Shown here: in pieces, positions 51,616-61,241 of the stretch
Layout of the letters: each line of letters begins with the position of its first letter
How positions within the stretch are numbered: the first letter of the stretch is position 1
Origin: Alphaproteobacteria bacterium
GTDB taxonomy: Bacteria; Pseudomonadota; Alphaproteobacteria; UBA828
Length of the DNA stretch: 64,000 bases
Assembly: GCA_965237415.1 (NCBI GenBank)
Contig: CBDEFM010000002.1
Location: 2,912,001-2,976,000 of the forward strand
Direction of reading: 5' to 3'
Notes under the pieces: generated by a model
What the model saw: the letters and a program-made list of their open reading frames with translations, nothing else
Told to the model about the DNA's origin: nothing
Databases searched by the model: none
Made by a program: the position numbers and the translations under genes

Positions 51616-51843
51616 ACGCGGAGGAAAGAGCGTCTACTAGACAACGTGGGCGTCTGGTGGGACGAGGATCAAGGCCACATTCACATCACGGTTCGTGGTG
51701 CTGCCGGATTCCACTCAACGGTCAACGCCAATCCGCAGAGCAAGCGCGGGAGTCCCAACCTGTTCTATAAGTTGGCAAAATGTCTGCGGGCAGTCGGTGC
51801 GCCGCATCCGCCGATTCTGGATGACCGCCAATTGGGCGAATAA
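51612..51843 (+). pseudogene. small hypothetical protein, probably frameshifted at its N-terminus
   Basis: GVWWDEDQGHIHITV..FHSTVN..SKRGSPNLFYKLAKCL; the upstream KSVY would join in frame with one extra base near 51637. Confidence 0.45.
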
Positions 51844-51846
51844 TTC

Positions 51847-51985
51847 CCAAAAGAAGGGCCGGGTCCGAAGACCCGGCCAGTCTAACAGGGAGGCTTCACG
51901 TCTAGGAGACGTGGGATCCGAGGATCCCCTCCAGGCATTGCACCTGAAGACGGTAAGCCGAGGTGGGCACCCCGGCCAATCCTCG
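51847..51985 (-). ncRNA. putative sRNA with anti-SD CCUCCC motif (suhB/MmgR-like) downstream of the LysR gene; 5' end uncertain
   Basis: minus strand: hairpin cacgtct-cct-agacgtg, gcctccctgttagact, terminator ggccgggtc-TTCG-gacccggcc-cttctttt. Confidence 0.6.
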
Positions 51986-52003
51986 TAGCACGACGCAAGC
52001 GCC

Positions 52004-52017
52004 ATGCTGCAGCGCAA
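52004..52017. promoter_or_regulatory. TGC-N3-GCA element (PhaR/AniA-type box candidate)
   Basis: atgctgcagcgcaa just upstream of the putative sRNA. Confidence 0.4.
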
Positions 52018-52096
52018 TATGTATGTTCTGTGACGCGGTTGCGCTAGTGGGTGAGAAGCAAATCAGCCATGCGTCTGACGCATGTCTGGGCGGGCG

Positions 52097-52987
52097 CTAG
52101 GAACGCCATTGGGCCACTTCGTCGAGCAGGAAATCGCGGAAGACCGCGATACGCTTGGAATATCGCAGCTCCTCGGCGTAGGTGAAGAAGGCGTCGAAGG
52201 GGGGGCCCTGATACTCCGGCAGCACGCGCTGGAGCCGCTGGCTGCCCCACGCCACATAGTCGGGCAGCGCCGCGATTCCGAGGCCGCTCTCCACCGCTTC
52301 GCGCATGCAATATATGTTGTTCGCCTCCAGCACGATGCGGCCGTCGGCGTGCGGGTCGCCCGAAATCGCGATCAGCCAGTCGGGGTTGGCGATGGCGGTG
52401 AGCGGCCCCTGGCCATAGATGATCAGGCGCTGGCGGGCGAGGTCGTCCGCCGTCTCGATCGGCCCGAACCGGGCCAGATAGTCCGGCGCGGCGTAGATGT
52501 GCGAATGGACCGTCATCAGGTGCCGTCGGACGAGATCGGGCTCGGTCGGCTCGATCATGCGAATTGCCACGTCCGCCTCGCGCATGGAGAGGTCGAGCAG
52601 GTTGTCCGATGTCAGCAGAATGAGCTTGATCTCCGGATAGAGGTTGCTGAAGGTGCGGATCCTGGGCGTGAGCCACACCGAGGCGAAGGCGACGGTCGTC
52701 GTGATCTTCAGCGGGCCGCTGGGCCGGTCCCGCGAATCCGCGATCTGCGCCTCGGTCATCGCGAGCTTCGCAGAGACCTCGCGGGCCGTGCGGTAAAGCG
52801 CCTCGCCCTGTTCCGTCAGCAGCAGTCCGCGCGAATGACGGTGGAACAGGACCGCGCCGAGGCTCTTTTCCAGCGCCGCGATCTGCCGGCTTACCGCCGA
52901 CTGGCTGAGCTCCAGAATGTCGCCGGCGCGGGTGAAGCTGCCGTGTTCCGCGACCGTATGGAAGATGCGTAGCCGGTTCCAGTCCAT
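52097..52987 (-). CDS. vtlR: LysR family regulator, LsrB/VtlR-like
   Basis: MDWNRLRIFH.VAEHGSFT, LSQSAVSRQI, LFHRHSRGLLLTEQGE, MREADVAIR; syntenic with trxB. Confidence 0.8.
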   Translation of the reverse strand: MDWNRLRIFHTVAEHGSFTRAGDILELSQSAVSRQIAALEKSLGAVLFHRHSRGLLLTEQGEALYRTAREVSAKLAMTEAQIADSRDRPSGPLKITTTVAFASVWLTPRIRTFSNLYPEIKLILLTSDNLLDLSMREADVAIRMIEPTEPDLVRRHLMTVHSHIYAAPDYLARFGPIETADDLARQRLIIYGQGPLTAIANPDWLIAISGDPHADGRIVLEANNIYCMREAVESGLGIAALPDYVAWGSQRLQRVLPEYQGPPFDAFFTYAEELRYSKRIAVFRDFLLDEVAQWRS

Positions 52988-53013
52988 CGCCTCGCCCGGT
53001 GCCGTGCCGGCGC

Positions 53014-53982
53014 TCACTCCGCCGCGGCGGCTCTGGGCGTTTCGGCCACGGCGAGAAATTTCTCGGCTTCCAGCGCACCCATGCAGCCGGTGCCGGCTGC
53101 GGTCACGGCCTGCCGGAACACCTTGTCCTGCACGTCGCCGGCGGCGAATACGCCCGGCACGTTTGTCGTCGTGCTGTCTGCCATCGTCTGGATGTAGCCC
53201 TCGGCGTCCATCGTGAGCTGGCCCGCGAAGAGTTCGGTGTTGGGGCGGTGCCCGATGGCGATGAACACGCCCGATAGCGGGATCCGCTGCAGCGCATCGG
53301 TCTTGACGTGGCGCACGGCGATCCCCGTCACCGTCGGCGGATCGCTCTCGCCTTCGATCTCGGCCAGGACATGGTCCCACAGGACCTCGATCTTGTCGTT
53401 GCGGAACAGGCGGTCCTGCAGAATCTTCTCGGCGCGGAGCGCGTCGCGGCGGTGGACGAGGGTGACCCTGCTGGCGTGGTTGGTGAGGTAGAGCGCCTCC
53501 TCCACGGCGGTGTTGCCGCCGCCGATCACCGCGACCTCCTTGCCGCGGAAGAAGAAGCCGTCGCAGGTGGCACAGGCCGAAACGCCGAAGCCCATGAAGC
53601 GCTGCTCGCTTCCAAGGCCCAGCCACTTCGCCTGCGCGCCGGTGCAGACGATGACGGTGTCGCCGATATAGATGTCGCCGGAATCGCCGGTGCAGACGAA
53701 GGGGCGTTTGCTCAAGTCCGCGGCGACCACCATGTCGTGGATCAGCCGCGTGCCCACAGCTTGCGCCTGGCCCGCCATCTGCTCCATCAGCCACGGCCCC
53801 TGGACGATGTCGGCGAAGCCCGGGTAGTTCTCGACGTCGGTGGTGATGGTGAGCTGGCCGCCGGGCTCCAGGCCCTGCACCATGATCGGCTCCAAATTGG
53901 CGCGCGCGGCGTAGATCGCGGCAGAGTAGCCGGCGGGGCCGGAGCCGATGATCAGGACCTTGCTGCGGTGCGTCTTCGCCAT
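53014..53982 (-). CDS. trxB: thioredoxin-disulfide reductase
   Basis: IGSGPAG, GGQL..TTDVENYPG, CATCDG, GGGNTA, AAGDV. Confidence 0.97.
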   Translation of the reverse strand: MAKTHRSKVLIIGSGPAGYSAAIYAARANLEPIMVQGLEPGGQLTITTDVENYPGFADIVQGPWLMEQMAGQAQAVGTRLIHDMVVAADLSKRPFVCTGDSGDIYIGDTVIVCTGAQAKWLGLGSEQRFMGFGVSACATCDGFFFRGKEVAVIGGGNTAVEEALYLTNHASRVTLVHRRDALRAEKILQDRLFRNDKIEVLWDHVLAEIEGESDPPTVTGIAVRHVKTDALQRIPLSGVFIAIGHRPNTELFAGQLTMDAEGYIQTMADSTTTNVPGVFAAGDVQDKVFRQAVTAAGTGCMGALEAEKFLAVAETPRAAAAE

Positions 53983-54130
53983 GCGCGCCTCCCGAACAGG
54001 CCGGCGCGGTGCCGGCCGCAAGAGTCACAAACATAGGGGCGGCCACCGCGCCCGTTCAAGAGGCGGCCCTGGCGGCGGACCGCTTTTCGAACGTCTGACA
54101 CACGATGCCGGCCGCGCGCCAGCGCGCCCG

Positions 54131-55057
54131 TCACCCGCCCCGCCTGAAGCTCTCGGGCCGGGTCACCACCGGCACCGCGAGTGCGGCGATGACCAGGCCG
54201 AGGGCCGTGAACTCGGTCCAGCCCAGCGGCTCGCCCAGGATCAGAGCGCCGCTGAACAGGCCGATTATGGGGATGCCGAGGGTGCCGACGGTCGCCACCC
54301 CGGTCGGGAACAGCCGCACGATCTCATAGTAGAAGTAGTAGCAGATCACGAAGGGCGCGAGGATGTTGTAAATCACCGAGACGAGCGGCCAGAGCGACGG
54401 GAATGTCAAGTCATCCGCGTCCACCACGGCCGCAGCGACGAAGATCGGCACGCCGCAGATCAGGCACTGCCAGCCGACCAGCACCCACATGGAGACCTGC
54501 CAGTCGACGCGTTTGAGCGCCACCGTACCGCAGGCCCAGCCGATGGCGCCCGCCAGCACCAGCAGGGGCCCGAGCGGTGCCGCGCCCAGGGTCTGGGCGT
54601 CGCTCGCAATCAACACGCCGAGCCCCGCCGAGCCCAGCGCCAGCGCGCTGAGCCGCCGCCAGCCGGGGCGCTCGCCTAGCACGACGTAGCCCACCGGCAC
54701 GGTCCAGACCGGCATCGTGTAGGCGATGATCGCGCCGCGGCCCGAGGTCGTGTAGAGGAGCCCGAAGCCGGTCGCGAGGTGCCACAGGGTGATGTTGAAG
54801 AACCCCGAGACCAGAAGCGGCCGCCATTGATGGCGCGGCACCCGGAGCGAGCGGCCGAGCGCCCGGTGGAGGCCGATGATGATCAGGCCTGCGCAGAAGA
54901 GGCAGAGCCCGCGGAAGGTCAGTACCGGAAGCTCGCTGAGCGCGAGCTTGAGCATCGGCCAATTGACTCCCCAGAGCAGCGTCAACGCCGCCAGCAGAAG
55001 GAAGCCCCGGCGCGGAAGCGGCTCGACGCCGCCGGGCGACGGGGGTGCGCTCCTCAC
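54131..55057 (-). CDS. DMT/EamA family transporter
   Basis: LWGVNWP, YTMP, LGER, ILGEP; 10 TM segments. Confidence 0.9.
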   Translation of the reverse strand: MRSAPPSPGGVEPLPRRGFLLLAALTLLWGVNWPMLKLALSELPVLTFRGLCLFCAGLIIIGLHRALGRSLRVPRHQWRPLLVSGFFNITLWHLATGFGLLYTTSGRGAIIAYTMPVWTVPVGYVVLGERPGWRRLSALALGSAGLGVLIASDAQTLGAAPLGPLLVLAGAIGWACGTVALKRVDWQVSMWVLVGWQCLICGVPIFVAAAVVDADDLTFPSLWPLVSVIYNILAPFVICYYFYYEIVRLFPTGVATVGTLGIPIIGLFSGALILGEPLGWTEFTALGLVIAALAVPVVTRPESFRRGG

Positions 55058-55535
55058 CTGCGCGGCCGGGTGGCCGCGCGATTGCGCGCGCTCCGCAAGG
55101 CTTCATCTGGTCCGCGACCGCAGCGGGTCGGGTGGCAACACCCGATCCGACCGGTCCCCGCTTCCGCTCGCTCCGTCACGACCGCCCCTGCCTTGGTCTT
55201 CCCGGCCCCACGCGGCCGTGGATGTGCCCGCCATCCCGACGCCTGCATCATCCCGCCCCGACCGCCCGGCCTCAAGGGCGACACATCGGTGGCCGCGGTT
55301 GTGCATGACAGCTAAGCGCCGATATGAATTTTCTCTTGCGCGGTTTCGGCATACTCAATTTTCCAAATAGCATGATGGGTAACCGATCTGACACTTGTTC
55401 CTCACACGCCCGTTTCATAAACTCCGCTGTTGACGCACGCCGAGGTGGCCGGGAGGCGATCTCCTGCCCCCGTACACCGACAAGCCACGCAAGGCGGGCG
55501 GGCGTAGGATCTGCACCTGGAACTGGAGGACAGGG

Positions 55536-56567
55536 ATGAGCTGGAAAAAAATTGCCGGCGCCATTGCGGTGGCCGGCGCGCTGGTGGCAGCGGGCGCGGT
55601 TCCGGGCCAGGCAGCAACACTCGACGACGTGAAGGCCGCAGGCACGCTCAAGTGCGGCATTAACACCGGCCTGCCGGGCTTTGCCTACACCGACGACGCG
55701 GGCAATTGGACCGGCTTCGACGTGGCCTACTGCCGGGCGGTGGCGGCCGCCGTTCTCGGCGACGCCAACGCGATTTCCTTCATCAATCTGACCGGCAAGA
55801 CGCGCTTCCCGGCGCTGGCATCGGGCGAGATCGACGTGCTGTCGCGAAACACGACCTGGACCTTGTCGCGCGATGTCGACCTCGGCTTCACCTTCATCGG
55901 CGTCAGCTACTATGACGGCCAGGGCTTCATCGGCCGCACGGCGCTCGGCATCAGCAGCGCCACCGAGCTCGACGGCTCTTCGGTCTGCATCCAGACCGGC
56001 ACGACCACGGAGCTCAACCTCGCGGACTTCTTCCGCGTCAACGGCATCACCTACGAGCCGGTGCCGATCGAGACCAACGCCGAGGCCCGCGCGGCCTACG
56101 AGGCAGAGCGTTGCGACGTTTATACGACGGACGCCTCCGGTCTGGCGGCGACACGGACCACCTTCGAAGATCCGTCCGAGCACATGGTGTTCCCGGAAAT
56201 CATCTCGAAGGAGCCGCTGGGGCCGTTGGTGCGCCACGGCGACGACCAGTGGGCGGACATCGCGCGCTGGGTGCTGAACGCGCTGATCACGGCGGAAGAG
56301 CTCGGCGTGACCCAGGCGAACGTGGCGGACATGGCTGCCGCGCCGGGCAATCATCCTGAGATCAACCGGATGCTGGGGACCGAAGGCTCGATGGGCGAGA
56401 TGCTGGGTCTCGACGCGCAGTGGGCGGCCCACGCCATCGCGGCGGAAGGCAACTACGCCGAGATCTTCGATCGCTATATCGGCGCCAGCAGCCCGCTGGG
56501 CTTGGGCCGGGGTCTCAACGCCCTCTACACCGACGGCGGCATCCTCTATTCGCCTCCGATCCGTTAG
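55536..56567 (+). CDS. aapJ: general L-amino acid ABC transporter substrate-binding protein
   Basis: GFDVAYCRA, LSRNTTWT, YYDGQGF, TTTELN, ISKEPLGP, GNYAEIF. Confidence 0.93.
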   Translation: MSWKKIAGAIAVAGALVAAGAVPGQAATLDDVKAAGTLKCGINTGLPGFAYTDDAGNWTGFDVAYCRAVAAAVLGDANAISFINLTGKTRFPALASGEIDVLSRNTTWTLSRDVDLGFTFIGVSYYDGQGFIGRTALGISSATELDGSSVCIQTGTTTELNLADFFRVNGITYEPVPIETNAEARAAYEAERCDVYTTDASGLAATRTTFEDPSEHMVFPEIISKEPLGPLVRHGDDQWADIARWVLNALITAEELGVTQANVADMAAAPGNHPEINRMLGTEGSMGEMLGLDAQWAAHAIAAEGNYAEIFDRYIGASSPLGLGRGLNALYTDGGILYSPPIR

Positions 56568-56575
56568 CATCGACG

Positions 56576-56619
56576 ACGCGCCGTCTCGCCCAGTCCGTTG
56601 GGCGGGACGGTGTCTTTTC
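56576..56619 (+). terminator. intercistronic stem-loop/terminator after aapJ
   Basis: gcgccgtctcgccca...tgggcgggacggtgt followed by cttttct. Confidence 0.65.
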
Positions 56620-56682
56620 TGGTAAAGGGCGTCCGTTCCGACAAAGATGTTATTCCGATAACGTAAGGGGGGCGGCGCCACC

Positions 56683-57870
56683 GTGACCAAGAGAGCGCCC
56701 CCACGTGGTGGCGGCTTCGACATAAGCCGCGCTTGGACCGACGAGCGCGCCCGCGGCGTCATATTCCAGGTTCTCATCGTGCTCGGGCTGGCGGGTTTCG
56801 CCGCCTTTATCGTTTCGAACACGATCACGAACCTTAGAGAAGCCGGCCTCTCCTCCGGCTACGGCTTCCTCTTCGACACCGCCAACTTCGATATCAATCA
56901 GCGCCTCGTCGACTACGCGTCCACCTCGACCTATGGGCAGGCCTTCGTCGTCGGTGCGCTCAACACCATCCTCGTCGCCGTGATGGGAGTCGTCGCGGCG
57001 ACCGTCATCGGCTTCGTGGCGGGCGTCCTCAGGCTCTCCAACAACTTCCTGGTGAGCCACATCGTGACGGTTTGGGTCGAGTTCACCCGCAACGTCCCGG
57101 TCCTGCTGCAGATCATCTTCTGGTGGCTGATCTTACTTGCGCTGCCGAGGGTGCGCGACAGCGTTTCGCTCGGCGATGCGGCCTTTCTGAATAACCGCGG
57201 CGTGTTCCTGCCCGCGCCGATCTTCGAGGACGGCTCGGCGATCGTGCTGGCGATGATTCTGGTCGGCGTGGTGGCGACCGTTCTGGTCAGGCGCTGGGCC
57301 AGGAAGCGTCAGGATGCCACGGGGCAGATCTTCCCGGTCGGCTGGGTCGGGCTCGGGCTGATCGTAGGTATCCCGCTCATCGTCTATTTCGCCGCCGGCC
57401 AGCCGCTCGACTTCGACATACCGGAGAAGAAGCGCTTCAATCTGAAGGGCGGCTTCAACATCACGCCGGAGCTGGTGGCGCTCTGGCTGGCGCTCTCCAC
57501 CTACACCGGCGCCTTCATCTCCGAGATCGTGCGCGGCGGGATCCTCTCGGTCTCCAAGGGACAGTCGGAGGCCGCCGGCGCGCTTGGGCTCAGGCGCGGG
57601 CTGACCACGCGCAAGATCATCCTGCCGCAGGCGCTGCGGGTGATCATTCCGCCGATGACCAGCCAGTACCTCAACCTGACCAAGAACTCCTCGCTCGCCG
57701 TCGCCATCGGCTATCAGGACATCGTCTCGATCGGCGATACCATCCTCAACCAGAGCGGCCAGGCGATCGAGGTGATCTCCCTCTACATGGCGTTCTATCT
57801 GGTGCTGAGCCTGCTCACGTCCTCGTTCATGAACTGGTACAACAAGCGCATCGCCCTGGTGGAACGATGA
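56683..57870 (+). CDS. aapQ: amino acid ABC transporter permease
   Basis: RNVPVLLQ, EIVRGGI.SV.KGQSEA, LNLTKNSSL. Confidence 0.92.
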   Translation: MTKRAPPRGGGFDISRAWTDERARGVIFQVLIVLGLAGFAAFIVSNTITNLREAGLSSGYGFLFDTANFDINQRLVDYASTSTYGQAFVVGALNTILVAVMGVVAATVIGFVAGVLRLSNNFLVSHIVTVWVEFTRNVPVLLQIIFWWLILLALPRVRDSVSLGDAAFLNNRGVFLPAPIFEDGSAIVLAMILVGVVATVLVRRWARKRQDATGQIFPVGWVGLGLIVGIPLIVYFAAGQPLDFDIPEKKRFNLKGGFNITPELVALWLALSTYTGAFISEIVRGGILSVSKGQSEAAGALGLRRGLTTRKIILPQALRVIIPPMTSQYLNLTKNSSLAVAIGYQDIVSIGDTILNQSGQAIEVISLYMAFYLVLSLLTSSFMNWYNKRIALVER

Positions 57871-58979
57871 CGAAGCACGCCTTCCATCGCAGTCAGGCGG
57901 AGATGCTGCCGGAGCGGCCGGCGCCGATTACCAGCACAGGCGTTATCGGCTGGATGCGGGCCAACCTCTTTTCGAGCTACCTGAGCGCGGCGCTCACGAT
58001 CGCGTCGATCGCCGTGCTCGCGCTGGTTTTGCCGGGTCTGATCGACTGGGCCTTCATCGACGCCACCTTGACCGGTGAGATCGGCAAGGACTGCCCCAGC
58101 AAAGGCGCGTGCTGGGCCTGGCTCGACCAGCGCATCACCCATTTCTTCTACGGCTTCTACCCGCCCGATGCCTATTGGCGCGTGCATGTCTGCCTCATCC
58201 TGCTGGTGCCGGCGCTCGGCTACATGCTGTTCAACAAGCTGCCCTACGTCCGCTACGGGCGCTGGTTCTCGCTCGCGTACCCCGTGATCGCGGCCTTCCT
58301 GCTGGTCGGCGGCCTTGGCCTCGAGGTCGTCCGCACCGACCAGTTCGGCGGCTTCATGCTCAACCTCATCGCCGGCATCACGGGGATCGTGCTCTCGCTG
58401 CCCATCGGCATCCTGCTGGCGCTCGGCCGCCGTTCGCGGATGCCGATCGTCCGGGTGTTCTCGGTCGGGTTCATCGAGTTCATCCGCGGCGTGCCGCTGA
58501 TCACGCTACTCTTCGTCGCGATCATCCTGCTGCCGCTGTTCCTGCCGCCCCAGGTCTCGCTCGATCAGCTGGTTCGCGTGATGATCATCATCACGGTGTT
58601 CGCCTCCGCCTACATGGCGGAGGTGATCCGCGGCGGGCTGCAGGCGATCCCGCAAGGGCAATTCGAAGCCGGCCAGGCGATGGGGCTCGGCTACTGGCAG
58701 TCGATGCAGCTCATCATCCTGCCGCAGGCGCTCAAGATTTCCATCCCGGGCATCGTCAACACCTTCATCGGCCTGTTCAAGGACACCACGCTGGTCATCA
58801 TCATCGGCCTGTTCGACATCCTCGGTCAGGCGCGCCTGCTCCAAACCAATCCGGACTGGCTGGGCAAGGTCGACTACGAGACCTTCCTGCTGGCGGCGCT
58901 GTTCTTCTTCGTGATCTGCTTCAGCATGTCGCGCTACTCGCTCAATCTCGAGAAGCGCCTGGACACCACGCGACGCTAG
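57867..58979 (+). CDS. aapM: amino acid ABC transporter permease
   Basis: GACW, RGVPLIT, AEVIRGGLQAIP.GQ.EA, LFKDT. Confidence 0.92.
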   Translation: MTKHAFHRSQAEMLPERPAPITSTGVIGWMRANLFSSYLSAALTIASIAVLALVLPGLIDWAFIDATLTGEIGKDCPSKGACWAWLDQRITHFFYGFYPPDAYWRVHVCLILLVPALGYMLFNKLPYVRYGRWFSLAYPVIAAFLLVGGLGLEVVRTDQFGGFMLNLIAGITGIVLSLPIGILLALGRRSRMPIVRVFSVGFIEFIRGVPLITLLFVAIILLPLFLPPQVSLDQLVRVMIIITVFASAYMAEVIRGGLQAIPQGQFEAGQAMGLGYWQSMQLIILPQALKISIPGIVNTFIGLFKDTTLVIIIGLFDILGQARLLQTNPDWLGKVDYETFLLAALFFFVICFSMSRYSLNLEKRLDTTRR

Positions 58980-58988
58980 GGGGGCACC

Positions 58989-59753
58989 ATGGCGGAGCCG
59001 GAAGCCGCACCGGGCGGCGCCGAAGACCCGATCATCGAGATCACCGGCCTCAACAAGTGGTTCGGCCAGTTCCACGCGCTGCGCGACATCGACCTTACGG
59101 TGGAACGGCGCGAGCGCATCGTCATCTGCGGGCCGTCGGGCTCGGGCAAGTCGACGCTGATCCGCTGCATCAACAGGTTGGAGGAGCATCAGGAAGGCAA
59201 GGTGGTCGTCGACGGTGTCGAGCTCACCCACAATCTCAAGAACATCGACGCGATTCGCCGCGAAGTCGGCATGCTCTTTCAGCAGTTCAACCTGTTCCCG
59301 CATCTCACGGTGCTGGAGAACTGCACGCTGGCGCCGATCTGGGTGCGCAAGATGCCCAAGGACGAGGCGCAGCAACTCGGCATGCAATATCTGGAGCGAG
59401 TCAAGATCCCGGAGCAGGCCATGAAGTACCCTGGCCAGCTCTCCGGCGGTCAGCAGCAGCGTGTGGCGATCGCCCGCTCGCTTTGCATGAAGCCCAACAT
59501 CATGCTGTTCGACGAGCCCACCTCGGCCCTCGATCCCGAGATGATCAAGGAGGTGCTCGAGGTCATGGTCGATCTCGCCGAGAGCGGCATGACCATGCTC
59601 GTCGTTACCCACGAGATGGGCTTCGCCTCCCAGGTCGCCAACCGCGTCATCTTCATGGACGCCGGCCAGATCGTCGAGCAGAACACGCCGGACGAGTTCT
59701 TCAACAACCCCCGGTCCGACCGAACCAAGCTGTTCCTGAGCCAGATTTTGTAG
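58989..59753 (+). CDS. aapP: amino acid ABC transporter ATP-binding protein
   Basis: [32 protein letters not shown]. Confidence 0.94.
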   Translation: MAEPEAAPGGAEDPIIEITGLNKWFGQFHALRDIDLTVERRERIVICGPSGSGKSTLIRCINRLEEHQEGKVVVDGVELTHNLKNIDAIRREVGMLFQQFNLFPHLTVLENCTLAPIWVRKMPKDEAQQLGMQYLERVKIPEQAMKYPGQLSGGQQQRVAIARSLCMKPNIMLFDEPTSALDPEMIKEVLEVMVDLAESGMTMLVVTHEMGFASQVANRVIFMDAGQIVEQNTPDEFFNNPRSDRTKLFLSQIL

Positions 59754-59768
59754 GAGCGGCGGCGAACC

Positions 59769-61241
59769 TCAGCCGCCGTCCGCATCGCCTGCGCCGGTGT
59801 CGAAGCGCGTGGGCGCGGGGCTTACGACCACGGTCTTGCCGCCGCCGGCGACCTCGAAGATGGCGAGGCCCCGTTCCGCGATCCCCTCGTCGTCGAAGCG
59901 AAACAACCCGTCCGCGCCGAGGAAGCCGCCGCGGTTTCCAATGGCCTGCGGCTCGAACGAGGCGCCTGCGCGCGCGAGCGCAGCCGCCAGCGCGGTCGCG
60001 TCATAGGCAAGGGTGGCGATCGCGCCCGGGGGTTCGCCGAAGACCCGGCGGTAGCGATCTTCGAAGTTTCGCCGTGCCGCCGGATCGGGGCCTGCAAACC
60101 AGCCGCCCAGAAGCGCCGCCTCGCCGAGCGTGGCCGGTTCTTCCCAGAGGCCGGTTCCGAGCACGCGGATCTTGGCAGGGTCGATATCGTAGTAGGGGAG
60201 CAACGGCGCGACCTGCCGCAGCCGGGCGCCGCCATCGGCGAGCAGCAGGGCATCGAAGGGCAGCGCGCCCAACGTGTCGAGCGTCGCAAGGCGCTTCAGC
60301 CGGCGGCGCGCGGCCGCGTCGTCCTGGCGGGCGAGCGCCCGTCTCTCATCCTTCAGCGCCTGGGCGCGCCGGTCGTACTCGGCGAGTTCGCGCACCACCT
60401 CGGCGGCATCGGAGGCATCCGGCGCGTAGGTGCGGACCCGCGTGAGCGAGAGCCCCGTGGACGCCGCGGCCGCCCAGGCTTCGTCCGACACCGCCGTGCC
60501 GTAGCGCGTATCCGGCACTAGCAGGGCGATCCGCCGGTGGCCGTTCGCCGCTGCATGGGCGAAGACCCGTCTGATCTGAGCGCGCGGCGTGTGGCCCAGG
60601 AGAAAGACCCCTTCGCTCGCCGCCGCCCGGTCGGTCGAGAAGGCGACCACGGTGACGTTCCGCGCCCGGGCGTGGTTGGCGACGGCGTTCACCCCTTCGG
60701 CGAACAACGGGCCCAGGATCAGATCGACGCCGTCTTCGAGCAGCGCGAGGGCGGCCCTCTCCGCTCCCTTCGCCGTGCCTTCCGTATCCCTCGGTAGCAG
60801 AATGAAGCGCTCGTCGGCCGTGTCGAAGAGGGCGAGCTGTGCCGCACGAAGCAGTGTCTCTCCTTCCGATGCGTAGCGGCCGGAGAGCGGCAGGAGGAGG
60901 CCCACCCTGGCAGCGGATGGCGTCGCTTCGGACGCTGCCGCCGCGTCGTCCTCGCCTGCGGCGGGCTCGCGTGCAGCCGGCGTCGCATCCGATTCGTCCG
61001 CAGAGAGGGCTGAGAGTGTCTCGTCCTCCCGCTCCGGTGCTGCTGCCTCCGGTGCCGGGCGCTCGGTCTCTGCAGCGGCGGTTTGCGCCGTCGAGGTGGG
61101 CGGTGGCTGGCCCTCGGCCGGCGGCGGCGGTACGCTCGGCGCAGCGCAGGCGCCCGCGAGAAGGATCAGCAGCAGAGCGGCGCCTGCCGGTCCGAACCGC
61201 CGGCTCCGGCCGGCTGCGGAGAGGGTGCGAGGTCGATTCAT
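59769..61241 (-). CDS. penicillin-binding protein activator (LpoA/LppC-like lipoprotein)
   Basis: lipobox LAGAC; VGLLLPLSG, ILGPLF, LGTGLW, LAYDA, GADGLFRF; divergent from rsmI. Confidence 0.85.
   Translation of the reverse strand: MNRPRTLSAAGRSRRFGPAGAALLLILLAGACAAPSVPPPPAEGQPPPTSTAQTAAAETERPAPEAAAPEREDETLSALSADESDATPAAREPAAGEDDAAAASEATPSAARVGLLLPLSGRYASEGETLLRAAQLALFDTADERFILLPRDTEGTAKGAERAALALLEDGVDLILGPLFAEGVNAVANHARARNVTVVAFSTDRAAASEGVFLLGHTPRAQIRRVFAHAAANGHRRIALLVPDTRYGTAVSDEAWAAAASTGLSLTRVRTYAPDASDAAEVVRELAEYDRRAQALKDERRALARQDDAAARRRLKRLATLDTLGALPFDALLLADGGARLRQVAPLLPYYDIDPAKIRVLGTGLWEEPATLGEAALLGGWFAGPDPAARRNFEDRYRRVFGEPPGAIATLAYDATALAAALARAGASFEPQAIGNRGGFLGADGLFRFDDEGIAERGLAIFEVAGGGKTVVVSPAPTRFDTGAGDADGG

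Noticed and set aside
52988-54046. Extended 649-aa LysR ORF
   Set aside because: The upstream part is an off-frame read of trxB; the real start is MDWNRL at 52987.
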